NCBI GenBank assembly: GCA_031409655.1
Contig: JANNXQ010000029.1
Coordinates: forward strand, 1-64,000
Source: Chthoniobacteraceae bacterium
GTDB lineage: Bacteria > Verrucomicrobiota > Verrucomicrobiia > Chthoniobacterales > Chthoniobacteraceae
Reading direction: 5' to 3'
Length of the DNA stretch: 64,000 bases
Part shown: positions 29,933 to 41,700 of the stretch, piece by piece
Numbering within the stretch: the stretch's first letter is position 1
How the letters are laid out: every line of letters starts with the position of its first letter
The notes under the pieces: generated by a model
What the model saw: the letters and a program-made list of their open reading frames with translations, nothing else
The model's database searches: none
What the model was told of the DNA's origin: nothing
Program-made: the position numbers and the translations under genes

Positions 29933-30808
29933 ATGCTAAATACCAAAACCCCAAGAAACTGCGCTCTCATTGCCGCGATACTCGCCATCCCGGCCGTCAG
30001 CTTCGCAGGCACCGGCGCTCCCGCCAAGGAATCCAAAGCCGTCATCGAGAAAGCCAAGGAGTCCTGCATCACCGGAGACATCGGGATCGACGTGTACTCC
30101 CAGTACGTCTTCCACGGCCTCGTCCTGGAAAACCAGGGAGCCATCCTCCAACCGTACGCAAACTTCTACTTCAAGCTCTACGAAGGCGACGGCTTCATCA
30201 ATCAGGTGGACCTGAACCTCGGCATCTGGAACTCGTTCCACTCGAACCACCCCGTGACCTCGAGCACGCGCAACTGGTTCGAGTTCGACTTCCTGGCCGG
30301 CTTTGCCGTCACCTTTGCGAAGAACTTCACCTTCGCGCCCACCTACGTCGCCTACACCAGCCCCGGCGACTACTTTGGCACCGCCCATGTCCTCCAACTC
30401 CGCCTCGGCTACGACGACGCCGATCTGCTGGGCAAATTTGCCCTCAACCCCTACGTCATGGCGGAGATCGAACTCGACGGCAAAGCCGGCAACGGCACCG
30501 ACGAAGGCGTTTACTATGAGCTTGGCTTGTCGCCCGGCACCACCCTTGGCCCGATCGCCGTTTCCTTCCCGCTCAAGGTCGGTTTTGGCTCGAATGATTA
30601 CTACGCTGGAAACGCCGGGTACGGCTTCTTCTCCGGCGGCGTCGCTCTTTCCTACGAGATCCCGATGCCCGAGTGCCTCGGCGCTTGGACGGCCAGCGCC
30701 AATGCCACCTACTACCACTTCGGTGACGCTGGCGACGACGCCAACAACGTCAAGAACACCGACGAGAACGCCTTCGTCTTCGGCGGCGGTGTGAAGGTCG
30801 CGTTCTAA
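29933..30808 (+). CDS. Putative outer-membrane beta-barrel protein, paralogue 2
   Basis: Shares AGTGAPAKE.K.VIEKA.ESCI.GDIG and PECLG with paralogue 1; ends KVAF. Confidence 0.8.
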   Translation: MLNTKTPRNCALIAAILAIPAVSFAGTGAPAKESKAVIEKAKESCITGDIGIDVYSQYVFHGLVLENQGAILQPYANFYFKLYEGDGFINQVDLNLGIWNSFHSNHPVTSSTRNWFEFDFLAGFAVTFAKNFTFAPTYVAYTSPGDYFGTAHVLQLRLGYDDADLLGKFALNPYVMAEIELDGKAGNGTDEGVYYELGLSPGTTLGPIAVSFPLKVGFGSNDYYAGNAGYGFFSGGVALSYEIPMPECLGAWTASANATYYHFGDAGDDANNVKNTDENAFVFGGGVKVAF

Positions 30809-30834
30809 GCGCCCAAAGCTAACTCTGCAACCCG

Positions 30835-30869
30835 GCCCCGGGTCTCCTCGCGAGACCTGGGGCTTTTTT
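30835..30869 (+). terminator. Rho-independent terminator
   Basis: gccccgggtctc...gagacctggggc followed by tttttt. Confidence 0.82.
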
Positions 30870-31100
30870 GTTACACCACTCTTTGCGGAAAATGCCTTTT
30901 GCTCCGATCCCGTCGCTCCGGAAGCCCATCTGCACATAAAACGCCAGGGAGGCCTTTTTCGACCACCCTGGCAACGGATTCTACACACCAGCGTCAGGCA
31001 CTTGCGCAACTTTCCAAACAAACTTTCGACCGCGCTAGTTACTGTTTGAAAGCGGCTTACAACACATCCGCACCGCTGCACTCAAGCCGATGTAGACATG

Positions 31101-31116
31101 TGGCATCGCCACTGCT
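31101..31116 (+). promoter_or_regulatory. Putative sigma54 -24/-12 promoter
   Basis: TGGCAT-CGCCA-CTGCT, 60 nt before the third barrel gene. Confidence 0.5.
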
Positions 31117-31176
31117 AGCTGCGTGCCGGGGCGGAAGTACCGCCTTCCCAAAACCAACCAACCAAACCAAGACCTG

Positions 31177-32115
31177 ATGATTAATAAACTACCCACCCGT
31201 GCGCTCGTCTGTGCTGCCACAGCCTTGTGCTTCACCGCCACCACTCACGCTGGTTCCACCGGCAAGGAGATGAAAAGCGTTGTCGAAAAAGTGAAGGAAT
31301 CCTGCATTACCGGGGACATCGGCGTAAATGTCGTGTCCCAATACGTCTCTCGCGGCGTGATCTTCGAGAACCAAGCCGGCATTGTGCAACCCTACGCCGA
31401 CCTGTACTTCAAGCTCTACTCCGGCGACGGCTTCCTCAACGCGATCAGCCTAAACCTCGGCATCTGGAACTCATTCCATTCGCGCAAGACTGATGCCGGC
31501 CTCGTCAACGGCTCTGGGTCCTCTTCGACCCGCTCCTGGTACGAATTCGACTTCACCGCTGGACTCGCGATGACGTTCGCGAAGAACATCACTTTCACCC
31601 CGAGTTACTACACGTTCCTCAGCCCGAATGATGGTTTTTCGACCTTCCAGGGCCTGAACCTAAAGCTCGCCGCTGACACCACCGATTGGTTCGGCTTCAA
31701 TCTCGCTCCGGCCGTCCAGGTGATGTTCGAGTTGGAGAACAAGGCAGGCACGGGATCGGATGAAGGCATCTACTACGAGGTGAGCATCGCTCCTAGCTTC
31801 CCAGTGGGTCCTCTCACCGTGACCATCCCGGTCGTCGCGGGCTTCGGCTCGAATGACTTCTACGGCTCGCTCAATCAGAGCACCGGCCTGATCGAAGACG
31901 AGTCCTTCGGCTTCGTTTCTGGCGGCGTGACCCTGTCCTACGGTTTGGCTTTCATTCCTGAATGCTATGGGAAATGGACCGTCAGCGCCGGGTATACCTA
32001 CTACTACCTCGGCGACGGGACCAAGGACTTCAATACTGCACCTCGCGGCGGGCTCGTCCGTGATTCCAATGAGAGCGAACATGTGTTCTCTGGCGGTCTG
32101 ATGGTCGCGTTCTAA
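31177..32115 (+). CDS. Putative outer-membrane beta-barrel protein, paralogue 3
   Basis: KESCITGDIG, SQYVSRG, PECYG, ends MVAF. Confidence 0.8.
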   Translation: MINKLPTRALVCAATALCFTATTHAGSTGKEMKSVVEKVKESCITGDIGVNVVSQYVSRGVIFENQAGIVQPYADLYFKLYSGDGFLNAISLNLGIWNSFHSRKTDAGLVNGSGSSSTRSWYEFDFTAGLAMTFAKNITFTPSYYTFLSPNDGFSTFQGLNLKLAADTTDWFGFNLAPAVQVMFELENKAGTGSDEGIYYEVSIAPSFPVGPLTVTIPVVAGFGSNDFYGSLNQSTGLIEDESFGFVSGGVTLSYGLAFIPECYGKWTVSAGYTYYYLGDGTKDFNTAPRGGLVRDSNESEHVFSGGLMVAF

Positions 32116-32357
32116 GGCTTCGTTAGTTTCCATGCGGCTCCTCCGGGCATTCGGGCCCGGAGGAGCCCGCGGGAGCCTTCCCCTAGACTCCTCAAGCGGT
32201 CTGCCCCTTCCCTCTCCCTCGGTTCTTTCACGGTCCCATCCTGGCCTCCTTCGGTCAGGAGGTGGCTCCCACCCCTGTTGTGCAGTCAGATTCGGCTCGC
32301 CCCTGTTCTTCGGTTTTTCACCCCAGACAACACGCAACCATCAACCACACAACACCC

Positions 32358-33620
32358 ATGAAAATGCTCCAATCGGCAGCGTTCGCCTTTACGGCCTGCG
32401 CAGCCTTCGCGGTCTCAGTCCTCCCTGCTCGGGGGGAAACAGTCAAAGTCGGCGTCCTTCACTCCCTGAGTGGCACGATGGCCATCTCGGAAACGTCGCT
32501 CCGTGACGTCCTTCTGTTCACCTTCGACGAAATCAACGCCAACGGTGGCGTGATGGGGAAGAAGATCGAACCGGTCATCGTCGATGGCGCCTCGAACTGG
32601 CCCCTCTTCGCCGAAAAGTCCAAACAACTCCTTGAACAAGACAAGTGCGCAGTCGTCTTCGGCTGCTGGACGTCGGTGAGCCGCAAGTCAGTGCTCCCCG
32701 TGTTCGAGAAGAATAACGGCCTCCTCTTCTACCCCGTGCAATACGAGGGTGAGGAAGAGTCTCAAAACGTCTTTTACACCGCGGAAGCCGTCAATCAGCA
32801 GGCGACCCCGGCGGTTGACTATCTCCTGGCGCAGGGGAAGAAGAAGTTCTACCTGCTCGGCAGCGACTACGTCTATCCGCAGACTACGAATCTCGTGCTC
32901 CTCGAGTATCTCCAGAGCAAAGGAGTGCCGCTCGAAAATATCGGTGGTGGATTCAAGAAGGACGAGTCCGGCAAGATCATTTCCGCCGGTAAGTACACCC
33001 CCTTCGGCCACACCGACTACCAGCAGATCGTCTCCGAGATCAAACAGTTCGCTGCCGGCGGCAAAGCCTGCGTCGTCTCCACTCTCAACGGGGATACCAA
33101 TGTCCCTTTCTTCAAGGAATACGCCGCTGCCGGGCTCAGCGCTGAGACCTGCCCGGTCGTCAGCTTCTCCATCTCGGAAGATGAGTTCCGCGGCCTCCCG
33201 GCCAAACAGCTCGTCGGCCAGCTCGGTTGCTGGACTTACTTCCAGTCGATCAAATCCAAGGCTAACACCAAGTTCCTCACTGATTGGAATGCCTGGCTGA
33301 AGACAACCACCGCGGAAGGTGTGAAGAAGGATGGTCGCGTGACCTGCTCGCCAATGGTGCTCAGCTATAATGGCGTCTATCTCTGGAAGGCCGCCGTCGA
33401 GAAGGCCAAGAGCTTCGAGGTGGACAAGGTGCGCGAAGCCCTCAAGTCCGGTCTCTCGTTCGACGGCCCCGGCGGCACGGTCAAGTCTCAGAAGAACATG
33501 CACATGACCAAGAACGTTTTTATCGGCGAGACCAAGGCCGACGGCCAGTTCAAGATCCTCAAGGAGTTCAAGGACATCTACGGCGAACCCTGGCTGAAGG
33601 GTAAGTTCCAGGCCAAGTAG
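32358..33620 (+). CDS. urtA: Urea ABC transporter substrate-binding protein
   Basis: [55 protein letters not shown]. Confidence 0.93.
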   Translation: MKMLQSAAFAFTACAAFAVSVLPARGETVKVGVLHSLSGTMAISETSLRDVLLFTFDEINANGGVMGKKIEPVIVDGASNWPLFAEKSKQLLEQDKCAVVFGCWTSVSRKSVLPVFEKNNGLLFYPVQYEGEEESQNVFYTAEAVNQQATPAVDYLLAQGKKKFYLLGSDYVYPQTTNLVLLEYLQSKGVPLENIGGGFKKDESGKIISAGKYTPFGHTDYQQIVSEIKQFAAGGKACVVSTLNGDTNVPFFKEYAAAGLSAETCPVVSFSISEDEFRGLPAKQLVGQLGCWTYFQSIKSKANTKFLTDWNAWLKTTTAEGVKKDGRVTCSPMVLSYNGVYLWKAAVEKAKSFEVDKVREALKSGLSFDGPGGTVKSQKNMHMTKNVFIGETKADGQFKILKEFKDIYGEPWLKGKFQAK

Positions 33621-33746
33621 CCGTCTATTTAGTTCCCGGCGCTCGCTGTCAGCGTGCAGGGTTTTTGAGTTCACCTCGGGGCGGGTTCGTTCTAATCGGA
33701 CCCGCCCCGTTCTCCGAAAGGCAACTAGCGGTTTCCGAGTTTCTCC

Positions 33747-35477
33747 ATGAAGCATTTCCCATCGTCGCGCCACTGGCTGCGCAATTTTCTGCCGTGGCTC
33801 CTCAGCTTGGCCGCAGCGCTATCGCTCCAAGCCGCGGATACCGCGCGTCAAACGATCGTTAAGGCGATGATCGAAGAGGACGACGAGAAGAAGGTCGCCC
33901 TGATCAATTCGCTGATTGGTTCGAGCGACGAGGACATCAAGACGCTGCTCGCCGCGTGGAAGGAGGACACCATCTACATTTACAAAGCCGAAGCGGATGG
34001 CTCGCCGAAAATTCCGGTCTTTCTCGTCGGGGAGAAAGACGCCACGGACAAACAGACCGCAACGCTGGTGCTCGATGGCGCGCCACTGCAAGGTCCAGAC
34101 AGTCAGGCTCTGAGGATTTCCGTCGCGGATTTCGAGACCGCCGCCCACGACTCAAACCTCCGTGGAGCCATGAAGGCCGTGCTGGACCTGCTCGCACTGG
34201 CTTCGCCGGATCGCGAGAAACGCATCCGGGCCATCAATACGCTCGGCATGAATCAGGAAGGCAAGAGACTCCCGGCGCTCCTCGCCGTGCAAAAGACCGA
34301 GAAGGACGCCAAGGTGAAACGGGCCCTCACCGAAGCCATCGCCCTCATCCAACTCAAAGACGAGGACTCCAAAGTCCAGGTTGCCGCAGTCGAGACCCTG
34401 GGGTTGATGGGTTCCATCCCGAGTCGTGACTTTCTCACCGCTTTGGAAAAGGAAAGCAAAGCACCCGTCGTGATCACTGCCGCAAAAGCCGCCCAGAAGC
34501 GCATCGCCAGCCACATCACGGCAGTCAATTTTTGGGGCACCGCCTTTCGTGGTTTGTCGCTGGGTAGCGTACTCCTCGTCGTCGCACTGGGTCTCGCCAT
34601 CACCTTCGGCCTCATGGGCGTGATCAATATGGCACATGGCGAAGTGATGGCCGTCGGTGCCTATTCCACTTACATGGTGCAGAACATCTTCGGTGCCGGC
34701 CTCGCCCTCGCGCCCTTCGGCATCCAGATCAATATCCCCGGCCTTAATCCAAGCGGCACACCGAGCGACTTCTACTTCATTGTGGCTTTGCCGATCGCCT
34801 TCCTGAGTGCCGCACTCGTCGGTATTGCTTTGGAGCGCGGCGTTATCCGCTTCCTCTACCGCCGCCCGCTCGAAAGCCTGCTCGCCACCTGGGGTGTCTC
34901 GCTCGTGCTCCAGCAACTCTTCCGCATGATCTTCGGGGCGAATAACGTGCAGGTTTACAGCCCAAGTTTCCTCAGCGGTAACTGGACGGTCGGCGATGTC
35001 ATCCTTGGCTGGAATCGCGTCTTCGTGATCGGCTTCGCGGTCCTGATCGTCGTCGGCACCCATCTCGCGCTGACCCGCACTTCGCTTGGCTTGCTCATTC
35101 GGGCGGTGATGCAAAATCGCCAGATGGCTGCCTGCATGGGGGTCAAGACCGAGCGGGTGAACATGCTCACCTTTGGCCTCGGGAGTGGTCTCGCGGGTCT
35201 GGCCGGAGCTTTCCTTAGCCAGATCGGCAATGTGGGCCCCAGCCTCGGCCAGAGTTACATCGTCGATTGTTTTATGACGGTCGTCGTCGGTGGCGTGGGA
35301 AACATCATCGGCACGGTGATCAGCGCACTGGGCATCGGCCTCGCGGATCAATCCCTCCAGCAACTCCTCGGCAATCCGGTCCTCGGGAAAATTCTGGTGC
35401 TCGGCATGATCATCCTCTTCCTGCAATGGAAGCCCGCCGGCCTCTTCGTCACCAAGAGCCGTAATCTCGAAGGATAA
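33747..35477 (+). CDS. urtB: Urea ABC transporter permease with N-terminal HEAT-like domain
   Basis: GLSLGSVLL..LGLAITFGLMGVINMAHGE, RPLESLLATWG. Confidence 0.92.
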   Translation: MKHFPSSRHWLRNFLPWLLSLAAALSLQAADTARQTIVKAMIEEDDEKKVALINSLIGSSDEDIKTLLAAWKEDTIYIYKAEADGSPKIPVFLVGEKDATDKQTATLVLDGAPLQGPDSQALRISVADFETAAHDSNLRGAMKAVLDLLALASPDREKRIRAINTLGMNQEGKRLPALLAVQKTEKDAKVKRALTEAIALIQLKDEDSKVQVAAVETLGLMGSIPSRDFLTALEKESKAPVVITAAKAAQKRIASHITAVNFWGTAFRGLSLGSVLLVVALGLAITFGLMGVINMAHGEVMAVGAYSTYMVQNIFGAGLALAPFGIQINIPGLNPSGTPSDFYFIVALPIAFLSAALVGIALERGVIRFLYRRPLESLLATWGVSLVLQQLFRMIFGANNVQVYSPSFLSGNWTVGDVILGWNRVFVIGFAVLIVVGTHLALTRTSLGLLIRAVMQNRQMAACMGVKTERVNMLTFGLGSGLAGLAGAFLSQIGNVGPSLGQSYIVDCFMTVVVGGVGNIIGTVISALGIGLADQSLQQLLGNPVLGKILVLGMIILFLQWKPAGLFVTKSRNLEG

Positions 35478-35483
35478 GTCTCC

Positions 35484-36614
35484 ATGAGTCGCACCCTCTC
35501 CAAGACGGAACTCTCGCTGGTCCTCATTCTCGGACTGCTCTTTATCGTCGTCTTGCCGGCAATGAATGCCGCAGGGATGGTGGATAACTTCACCATCAAT
35601 CTTTGGGGAAAGTATCTCTGCTACGCCCTGCTCGCCATCTCTGTGGATATCCTGTGGGGCTACACCGGATTGCTCAGCCTCGGACAGGCCCTCTTCTTTA
35701 GTCTTGGCGGCTACATGCTCGGCATGCATCTCATGCTCATGATCGGGAAGTTGGGAAACTACGCCCAGTCCGGCCAAAACCCGAACCTCCTGCCGGACTT
35801 CATGTTCTTCCTCGGCCACACCGTCCTGCCGGCGTTCTGGAAGCCCTTCTATAGCTTTGGCTTCGCCGCAGTGCTGGTCTTCCTGCTGCCCGGCCTCATT
35901 GCGCTGATTTTTGGCTTTCTCGCCTTCCGCAGTCGCATCAAGGGGGTCTATTTCTCCATCCTCACCCAGGCTCTTACTTACGGAGCTTCGCTCATGTTTT
36001 TTCGCAATGACATGCTGATGGGTGGTAACAATGGCTTCACCGATTTCAAGTCTCTCCTCGGTGGAAATCTCCGCGAAGCCGCCACGCAACGCACCCTCTA
36101 CATCGTCACGGCGGTCACCTTGCTGGTCGTGTATCTCGGCTTGCGCTGGCTCACCACGACGAAGTTTGGACTCATTCAGCGCGCGATCCGCGACTCGGAA
36201 AATCGCGTTCTCTTCTCTGGTTACGCCGCGGGAAACTACAAGCTGTTCGTCTTCGTCCTCGCCGCGCTCATCGGCTCCATTGGCGGCGCGCTCTACGTTC
36301 CGCAGGTCGGCATCATCAACCCCAGCGAAATGATTCCGGAGAAGTCGCTCGAAGCCGTGGTCTGGTGCGCCGTGGGCGGACGCGGCACGCTCATTGGGCC
36401 AATCATCGGGGCCATCGGGGTGAATGCGCTCAAGAGTTGGGCGACCCGCGCCTTCCCCGACCTCTGGCTGATCATCCTTGGAGGCATGTTCATCCTCATC
36501 GTGCTCTTCCTGCCGAAAGGAATCGTTGGCATCCCAGCACAGCTCCGCGCCATGCTCGGCAAGCCTAAGAACACCTCGCCCGATCCCGGCACGGCCGTTG
36601 CCGCCAAGCCATGA
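35484..36614 (+). CDS. urtC: Urea ABC transporter permease
   Basis: [50 protein letters not shown]. Confidence 0.93.
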   Translation: MSRTLSKTELSLVLILGLLFIVVLPAMNAAGMVDNFTINLWGKYLCYALLAISVDILWGYTGLLSLGQALFFSLGGYMLGMHLMLMIGKLGNYAQSGQNPNLLPDFMFFLGHTVLPAFWKPFYSFGFAAVLVFLLPGLIALIFGFLAFRSRIKGVYFSILTQALTYGASLMFFRNDMLMGGNNGFTDFKSLLGGNLREAATQRTLYIVTAVTLLVVYLGLRWLTTTKFGLIQRAIRDSENRVLFSGYAAGNYKLFVFVLAALIGSIGGALYVPQVGIINPSEMIPEKSLEAVVWCAVGGRGTLIGPIIGAIGVNALKSWATRAFPDLWLIILGGMFILIVLFLPKGIVGIPAQLRAMLGKPKNTSPDPGTAVAAKP

Positions 36615-37390
36615 AGATTGAGTCCCATCAACGCCAGTTCCTTCTCGCCGCAGAAGGCGTGAACAAGGAGTTCTCTGGCTTTAAGGCGATCACCAACCTG
36701 AACTTCTATCTGGATCAGGGCGAACTCCGCACCGTCATCGGGCCGAATGGCGCAGGGAAGACGACCTTCCTCGACCTGATCACCGGACGCACCAAACCGG
36801 ACACCGGCACGATCGCCTTTGAAGGCACGCATGACGTCACCCGGATGAATGAATACGAAATCTACCGCCTCGGGATCGGGCGGAAGTTTCAGACCCCCAC
36901 GGTCTACACGGATCACACCGTGTGGGAAAACTTGCTCCTCTCGATGGAAGGCAGCCGCGGGGTTTGGAAGAGCCTCTTTCACAAGCCGACTAGCACCGAG
37001 CGCGATCGGATGGACGAGATCCTCAAGACGATCAACCTTGTCAACCAGCGGGATTGGAAAGCCGGGGCGCTGGCGCACGGGCAGAAGCAGTGGCTCGAAA
37101 TCGGGATGCTGCTCTCGCAGAACGCCAAACTCCTGCTCGTGGACGAACCCGCCGCCGGCATGACCGATGAGGAGACCCACCGCACCGGAGAGCTACTCCT
37201 CAGCCTCGTGGGCAAACATACCATCGTCGTCATCGAGCACGACATGGTCTTCGTCCGCCAGATCTCCGCGGGGCGCAAAGTCACCGTCTTGCACCAAGGC
37301 TCGGTGCTTTGTGAGGGCCCCGTCGATGAAGTGCAAAGTAATGAGCGGGTGATCGAAGTCTATCTCGGCCGCAAAAAAGCCCGCGACTAA
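36611..37390 (+). CDS. urtD: Urea ABC transporter ATP-binding protein
   Basis: [33 protein letters not shown]. Confidence 0.93.
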   Translation: MKIESHQRQFLLAAEGVNKEFSGFKAITNLNFYLDQGELRTVIGPNGAGKTTFLDLITGRTKPDTGTIAFEGTHDVTRMNEYEIYRLGIGRKFQTPTVYTDHTVWENLLLSMEGSRGVWKSLFHKPTSTERDRMDEILKTINLVNQRDWKAGALAHGQKQWLEIGMLLSQNAKLLLVDEPAAGMTDEETHRTGELLLSLVGKHTIVVIEHDMVFVRQISAGRKVTVLHQGSVLCEGPVDEVQSNERVIEVYLGRKKARD

Positions 37391-37393
37391 GCC

Positions 37394-38353
37394 ATGCTTA
37401 CGGTCTCCAATCTCGAACTCTCCATCGGCGGCAGCCGCATCCTGCGCGGCGTCGAATTTGAGGTTCCCGACCATCAGGTCTTCTGCCTCATGGGCCGAAA
37501 TGGAGTCGGGAAAACCTCCACCCTCCGGAGCATCGTCGGCGTGCTTAAACCGAGTAATGGCCGCATCCTCCTGGCCGGTCGTGACATCACCAAACTCTCG
37601 CCCGAAGCCCGCGCCGCCGCCGGCATCGGTTACGTCCCGCAAGGGCGCGATATCTTTCCACAGCTCACCGTCGAGGAAAACCTGCACATCGGCGCCATCG
37701 CTCTCGGAAAGAAGCTCAATGGTAATCTGGATCGCGTCTTCAGCCTCTTTCCCATCCTCAAAGAGTTTTTGCCGCGAAAAGGCGGCATGTTATCCGGCGG
37801 CCAGCAGCAGCAACTCGCCATCGGTCGCGCTTTACTCACCGAACCGAAGATCCTCATCCTCGACGAACCGACCGAAGGCATTCAGCCCAACATCATCGAC
37901 CAGATCGGCGAAGCCATTAAGCTCCTCCGCCGCGGCGGCCATCACAATGAAACCGGCCTCCTGGCGAACATCGGGCAGTCACTGAAGAAAGTCCGCGAGG
38001 CGCCCGACGCCCCAAAGAGCCCGCTGCTCGAGGAGGTCAGCGAGGCCGTCAAAATTCTCCTGCGTGAAGGCGTCGAGAAACATCCGGCACTCGTCGAGAC
38101 CGTCGCCCATGGCATCGACAAGCTCCGACATACGGACGCGACCACCGGCACGGTGCTGCAGGAGGAGATCGGCAGCGCGCTCAAGCAGCTCGCCGGCGAA
38201 GGCAAGATGAGCATCCTGCTCGTCGAGCAATATCTGGATTTCTGCAAAGAACTCGCCGACACCTTTGCCATCATGGATCGCGGAGTCGTCGTCGCCGCGG
38301 GGCCTGTCTCCGCATTGACTGATGAGGTCGTGAAGAAGCATCTTACCGTCTGA
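37394..38353 (+). CDS. urtE: Urea ABC transporter ATP-binding protein with internal insertion
   Basis: GRNGVGKT, YVPQGRDIF, LSGGQQQQLAIGRAL, DEPTEGIQP, LVEQY. Confidence 0.92.
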   Translation: MLTVSNLELSIGGSRILRGVEFEVPDHQVFCLMGRNGVGKTSTLRSIVGVLKPSNGRILLAGRDITKLSPEARAAAGIGYVPQGRDIFPQLTVEENLHIGAIALGKKLNGNLDRVFSLFPILKEFLPRKGGMLSGGQQQQLAIGRALLTEPKILILDEPTEGIQPNIIDQIGEAIKLLRRGGHHNETGLLANIGQSLKKVREAPDAPKSPLLEEVSEAVKILLREGVEKHPALVETVAHGIDKLRHTDATTGTVLQEEIGSALKQLAGEGKMSILLVEQYLDFCKELADTFAIMDRGVVVAAGPVSALTDEVVKKHLTV

Positions 38354-38739
38354 TGTCTGAACCTATCTTACTCGCAGTTAATGGTACGCTCATGCGTGGC
38401 CTGGAACTGAACCCCAATATGGTCGCCGTCGGGGCTGAGTTCGTCCGCGAAGACCGGACCGAACCGGCCTACCGCCTTTACACCATCAATGATCGCCATC
38501 CCGGCATGGTCCGCGTCGCGGAAGGTGGCGTCTCCATCGCATTGGAGATTTGGGCGGTGCCCCCAGCGGGACTCGCTTCGATTCTCTTGAAGGAGCCGCC
38601 CGGGCTCTCGATTGGCAAGGTGCAGCTCGCCGGCGGCGATGAAGTGCTCGGGGTGCTGGCTGAACCGATCCTCTGCGCCGGTCAGCGGGAGATCACGGAC
38701 TTCGGGGGCTGGCGGGCTTACTGCGCGGCGCGCACTTAG
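38353..38739 (+). CDS. Stand-alone allophanate hydrolase C-terminal (GGCT-like) domain protein
   Basis: [49 protein letters not shown]. Confidence 0.82.
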   Translation: MSEPILLAVNGTLMRGLELNPNMVAVGAEFVREDRTEPAYRLYTINDRHPGMVRVAEGGVSIALEIWAVPPAGLASILLKEPPGLSIGKVQLAGGDEVLGVLAEPILCAGQREITDFGGWRAYCAART

Positions 38740-41700
38740 TCTTCGATTAAGACCGCCAGCGCTTGCCCGGCGTCCACGGTCTTACCCGGTGCCACGAGCA
38801 GCCGCTCGATCCGCCCAGCGCAAGGCGCGACGACCTCAGTCTCCATCTTCATGGATTCGAGGATCACGATCTTGTCGCCGGCGCTCACCACGGCACCTTC
38901 TTTCACCACGACCTGCCAGACACTCCCCGGCAGATGCGCTGCCACGAACCGTCCACCGCTCGGCAAGGTAACCGCTTCCGTGGCACCCTCGGCTTCCGGC
39001 TCGACCTCAGTCACGTTTTGCCCGGCGGCGGCCCAGCGTTCGCGCTCTTCCGCAAAGGCCGTCCGTTGCTGGGAGCGGAAAGCGGCGATCGATTCCGCAT
39101 TAGCGTCGAGGAAGGACTGGTAGTCCTTGAGTCGGAAGGTTTGCTCTTCGACGCGGAGCTTAAACTTCCCAGTGAGGAAATCATCGCGCTGCCGGTCCAG
39201 TTCCGCCGCGGTCACCGGATAAAAGCGCACCTGATCGAAGAAACGCAGGAGCCATGGCTTCCCAGGAGCAAAGTCGCGCGTGGTCCGATAGGTATTCCAG
39301 ACCTGCACCGTGCGCCCGACGAACTGATACCCGCCTGGCCCCTCCATCCCATAGACGCACATGTAGGCACCGCCGATCCCGACGGCATTTTGCGGCGTCC
39401 AAGTGCGCGCCGGATTGTACTTCGTGGTCACCAGCCGATGGCGCGGATCGAGAGGCGTCGCGACCGGAGCGCCGAGATAGACATCTCCCAATCCAAGCAC
39501 AAGGTAACTCGCATCGAAGACGATCCGCTGCACATCCTCGATGCTGGTCAGGCCATTGATCCGGCGGATGAATTCGATGTTACTCGGACACCACGGCGCA
39601 TCGGCCCGCACGGTCTGCGTGTATTTCTCAATCGCGAGGCGCGTCGAGGGATCATCCCAGGAGAGCGGCAAATGAACGATGCGCGACGGCACTTCGATCT
39701 GATCGACATTGGGCAACTGGGACTCGGCATGAAGCAGCGTCTCCATGAGTTCGGAGAGTGGCAATCGGCGCGAGTCGAAGTGAATCTGGAGTGACCGGAT
39801 GCCAGGAGTAAGGTCGAGGATGCCGGGCACAGGGTTCACCTCAAGCCACTGCATGAGAGCGTGAACCCGGAAACGAAGAGCGAGATCGAGGACGAGCGGC
39901 CCATATTCCACGAGCAGATACTTATCGCTCGCACGCCGGTAGCAGACCGCGACCTGCCCGGGCTCCTCGGGCAAGCGATAGTGAACCGCGTCAGCATTTT
40001 CATCCACGGTGCTTGCAAAAGAAACTCCAAGTCGCGCCCGAGCTTCGTCTGACCTCCGGGCAGGCGACGATTCGCGAAGATCGACGATGGCATTCCAACG
40101 CGAGTCCGAAAGGTCCGCGAGTGCTTCCACCGCACGATCCTGTTCGAGTTCAAGCCTCGTGGCTTCGGCCAGCGACATGCGGCGGAAGCGGACCGTATCA
40201 CCTGGCCTGAGTTGGCCAACCTTCCATAACTCCGCTTCCGCGATGCATGCAGGGCAAACGAACCCTCCGAGGCTTGGTCCGTCAGGACCGAGGATGATCG
40301 GCATATCACCCGTGAAATCGATCGCTCCGACGGCGTAGGCGTTGTCGTGAATATTCGACGGATGGAGGCCCGCCTCCCCACCATCGGTCCGCGCCCACTG
40401 CGGCTTCGGGCCGATCAGTCGTACGCCGGTGCGGTTGGAGTTGAAATGGATCTTCCACTCCGTCGCAAAAAGCATTTCGATGTCCGCTTCGGTAAAGAAA
40501 TCCGGGGCGCCGTGCGGGCCATAGATGACGCCGATCTCCCAGTCGCGGCGGTAAGTCGGCAGCAGGCCGTTCGGCAGCATCGAGCCCCTCGCCGAGGCCG
40601 CATCGCTGACGCCCAGATGCAGCACATCGCCCAGTCGAAGGGCGCGCCCGCCGTGGCCGCCAAAGTTGCCGAGCGTGAAAGTCGCCCGACTGCCGAGATA
40701 GCGGGGCACACTCAATCCGCCGCGCACTGCGAGATAGGCGCGGGCTCCAGCGCCGTCGATGCCGCGCATCCGCAAGACATCACCCGCATCGACCGCAATC
40801 GCCGTCCAGCGCGAGACTCGCAGTCCATTGATTTCCGCCTGCATGTTCGCGCCCGTGATCGCAATCTCAGTCGCCGAGTTAAAGCGCAAGGTCGGCCCCG
40901 TCATCATGATCTCGAGCCCAGCGGCCGACTCGGGGTTGTTCACGAGGCGGTTCGCAAAGCGAAAGGCGAGCGCATCCATCGGCCCGGACGGCGGAACGCC
41001 CACATTCCAGTAACCGACGCGCCCCGGATAGTCCTGCACCGTCGTCTGCGCTCCCGCATCGAGCACGTCGATGCTCCGCGGCGCGTACTGAAAATCACCC
41101 AACGACTTTGTGAGGATGCGCCCTTCGGCAAACTCCCGCGTCGCGATGATCTGCCGTAGATATTCCACGTTTGACTCGATCCCACCGAATGACGTCCCAA
41201 CCAGTGCCGCTTGCATGCGCACGATGGCCTCATCCCGATCCGGCGCGTGGACGATGATCTTCGCCAGCATCGGGTCGTAGTAAGGCGTGACGACCGTGCC
41301 GTCCTCAACCCACGTTTCGCAACGCGCATCTTGATGGAAACACACTTCGGTCAGGGTACCGCAACTCGGCTGGAAGTTCTTATTAGCATCCTCGGCATAA
41401 ATCCGGACCTGGATGGAATGCCCGCGCCTGCGGTCTTCGTAGGCATCCATCAAACTCGTGTCTCCCGCCGCGAGGCGCACCATCCACTCGACTAGATCAA
41501 CTCCGGTGACCTCCTCCGTCACCCCGTGCTCCACTTGGAGTCGGGTATTCACTTCGAGGAAATAGTAAGCTCCCGTTTCGGCATCGAAGACAAACTCGAC
41601 CGTTCCCGCTGAGCGATACTGCACTGCCTCACCGAGCTTGATCGCTGCGTCGAACAATCCCGCCCTCTGCTTCTCGCTGAGGCCTGGAGCGGGCGTTTCT

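Noticed and set aside
32130..32340. Structured ncRNA upstream of urtA
   Set aside because: Only GC-rich hairpins (e.g. 32134-32170) consistent with termination or mRNA stabilisation; no recognisable RNA family
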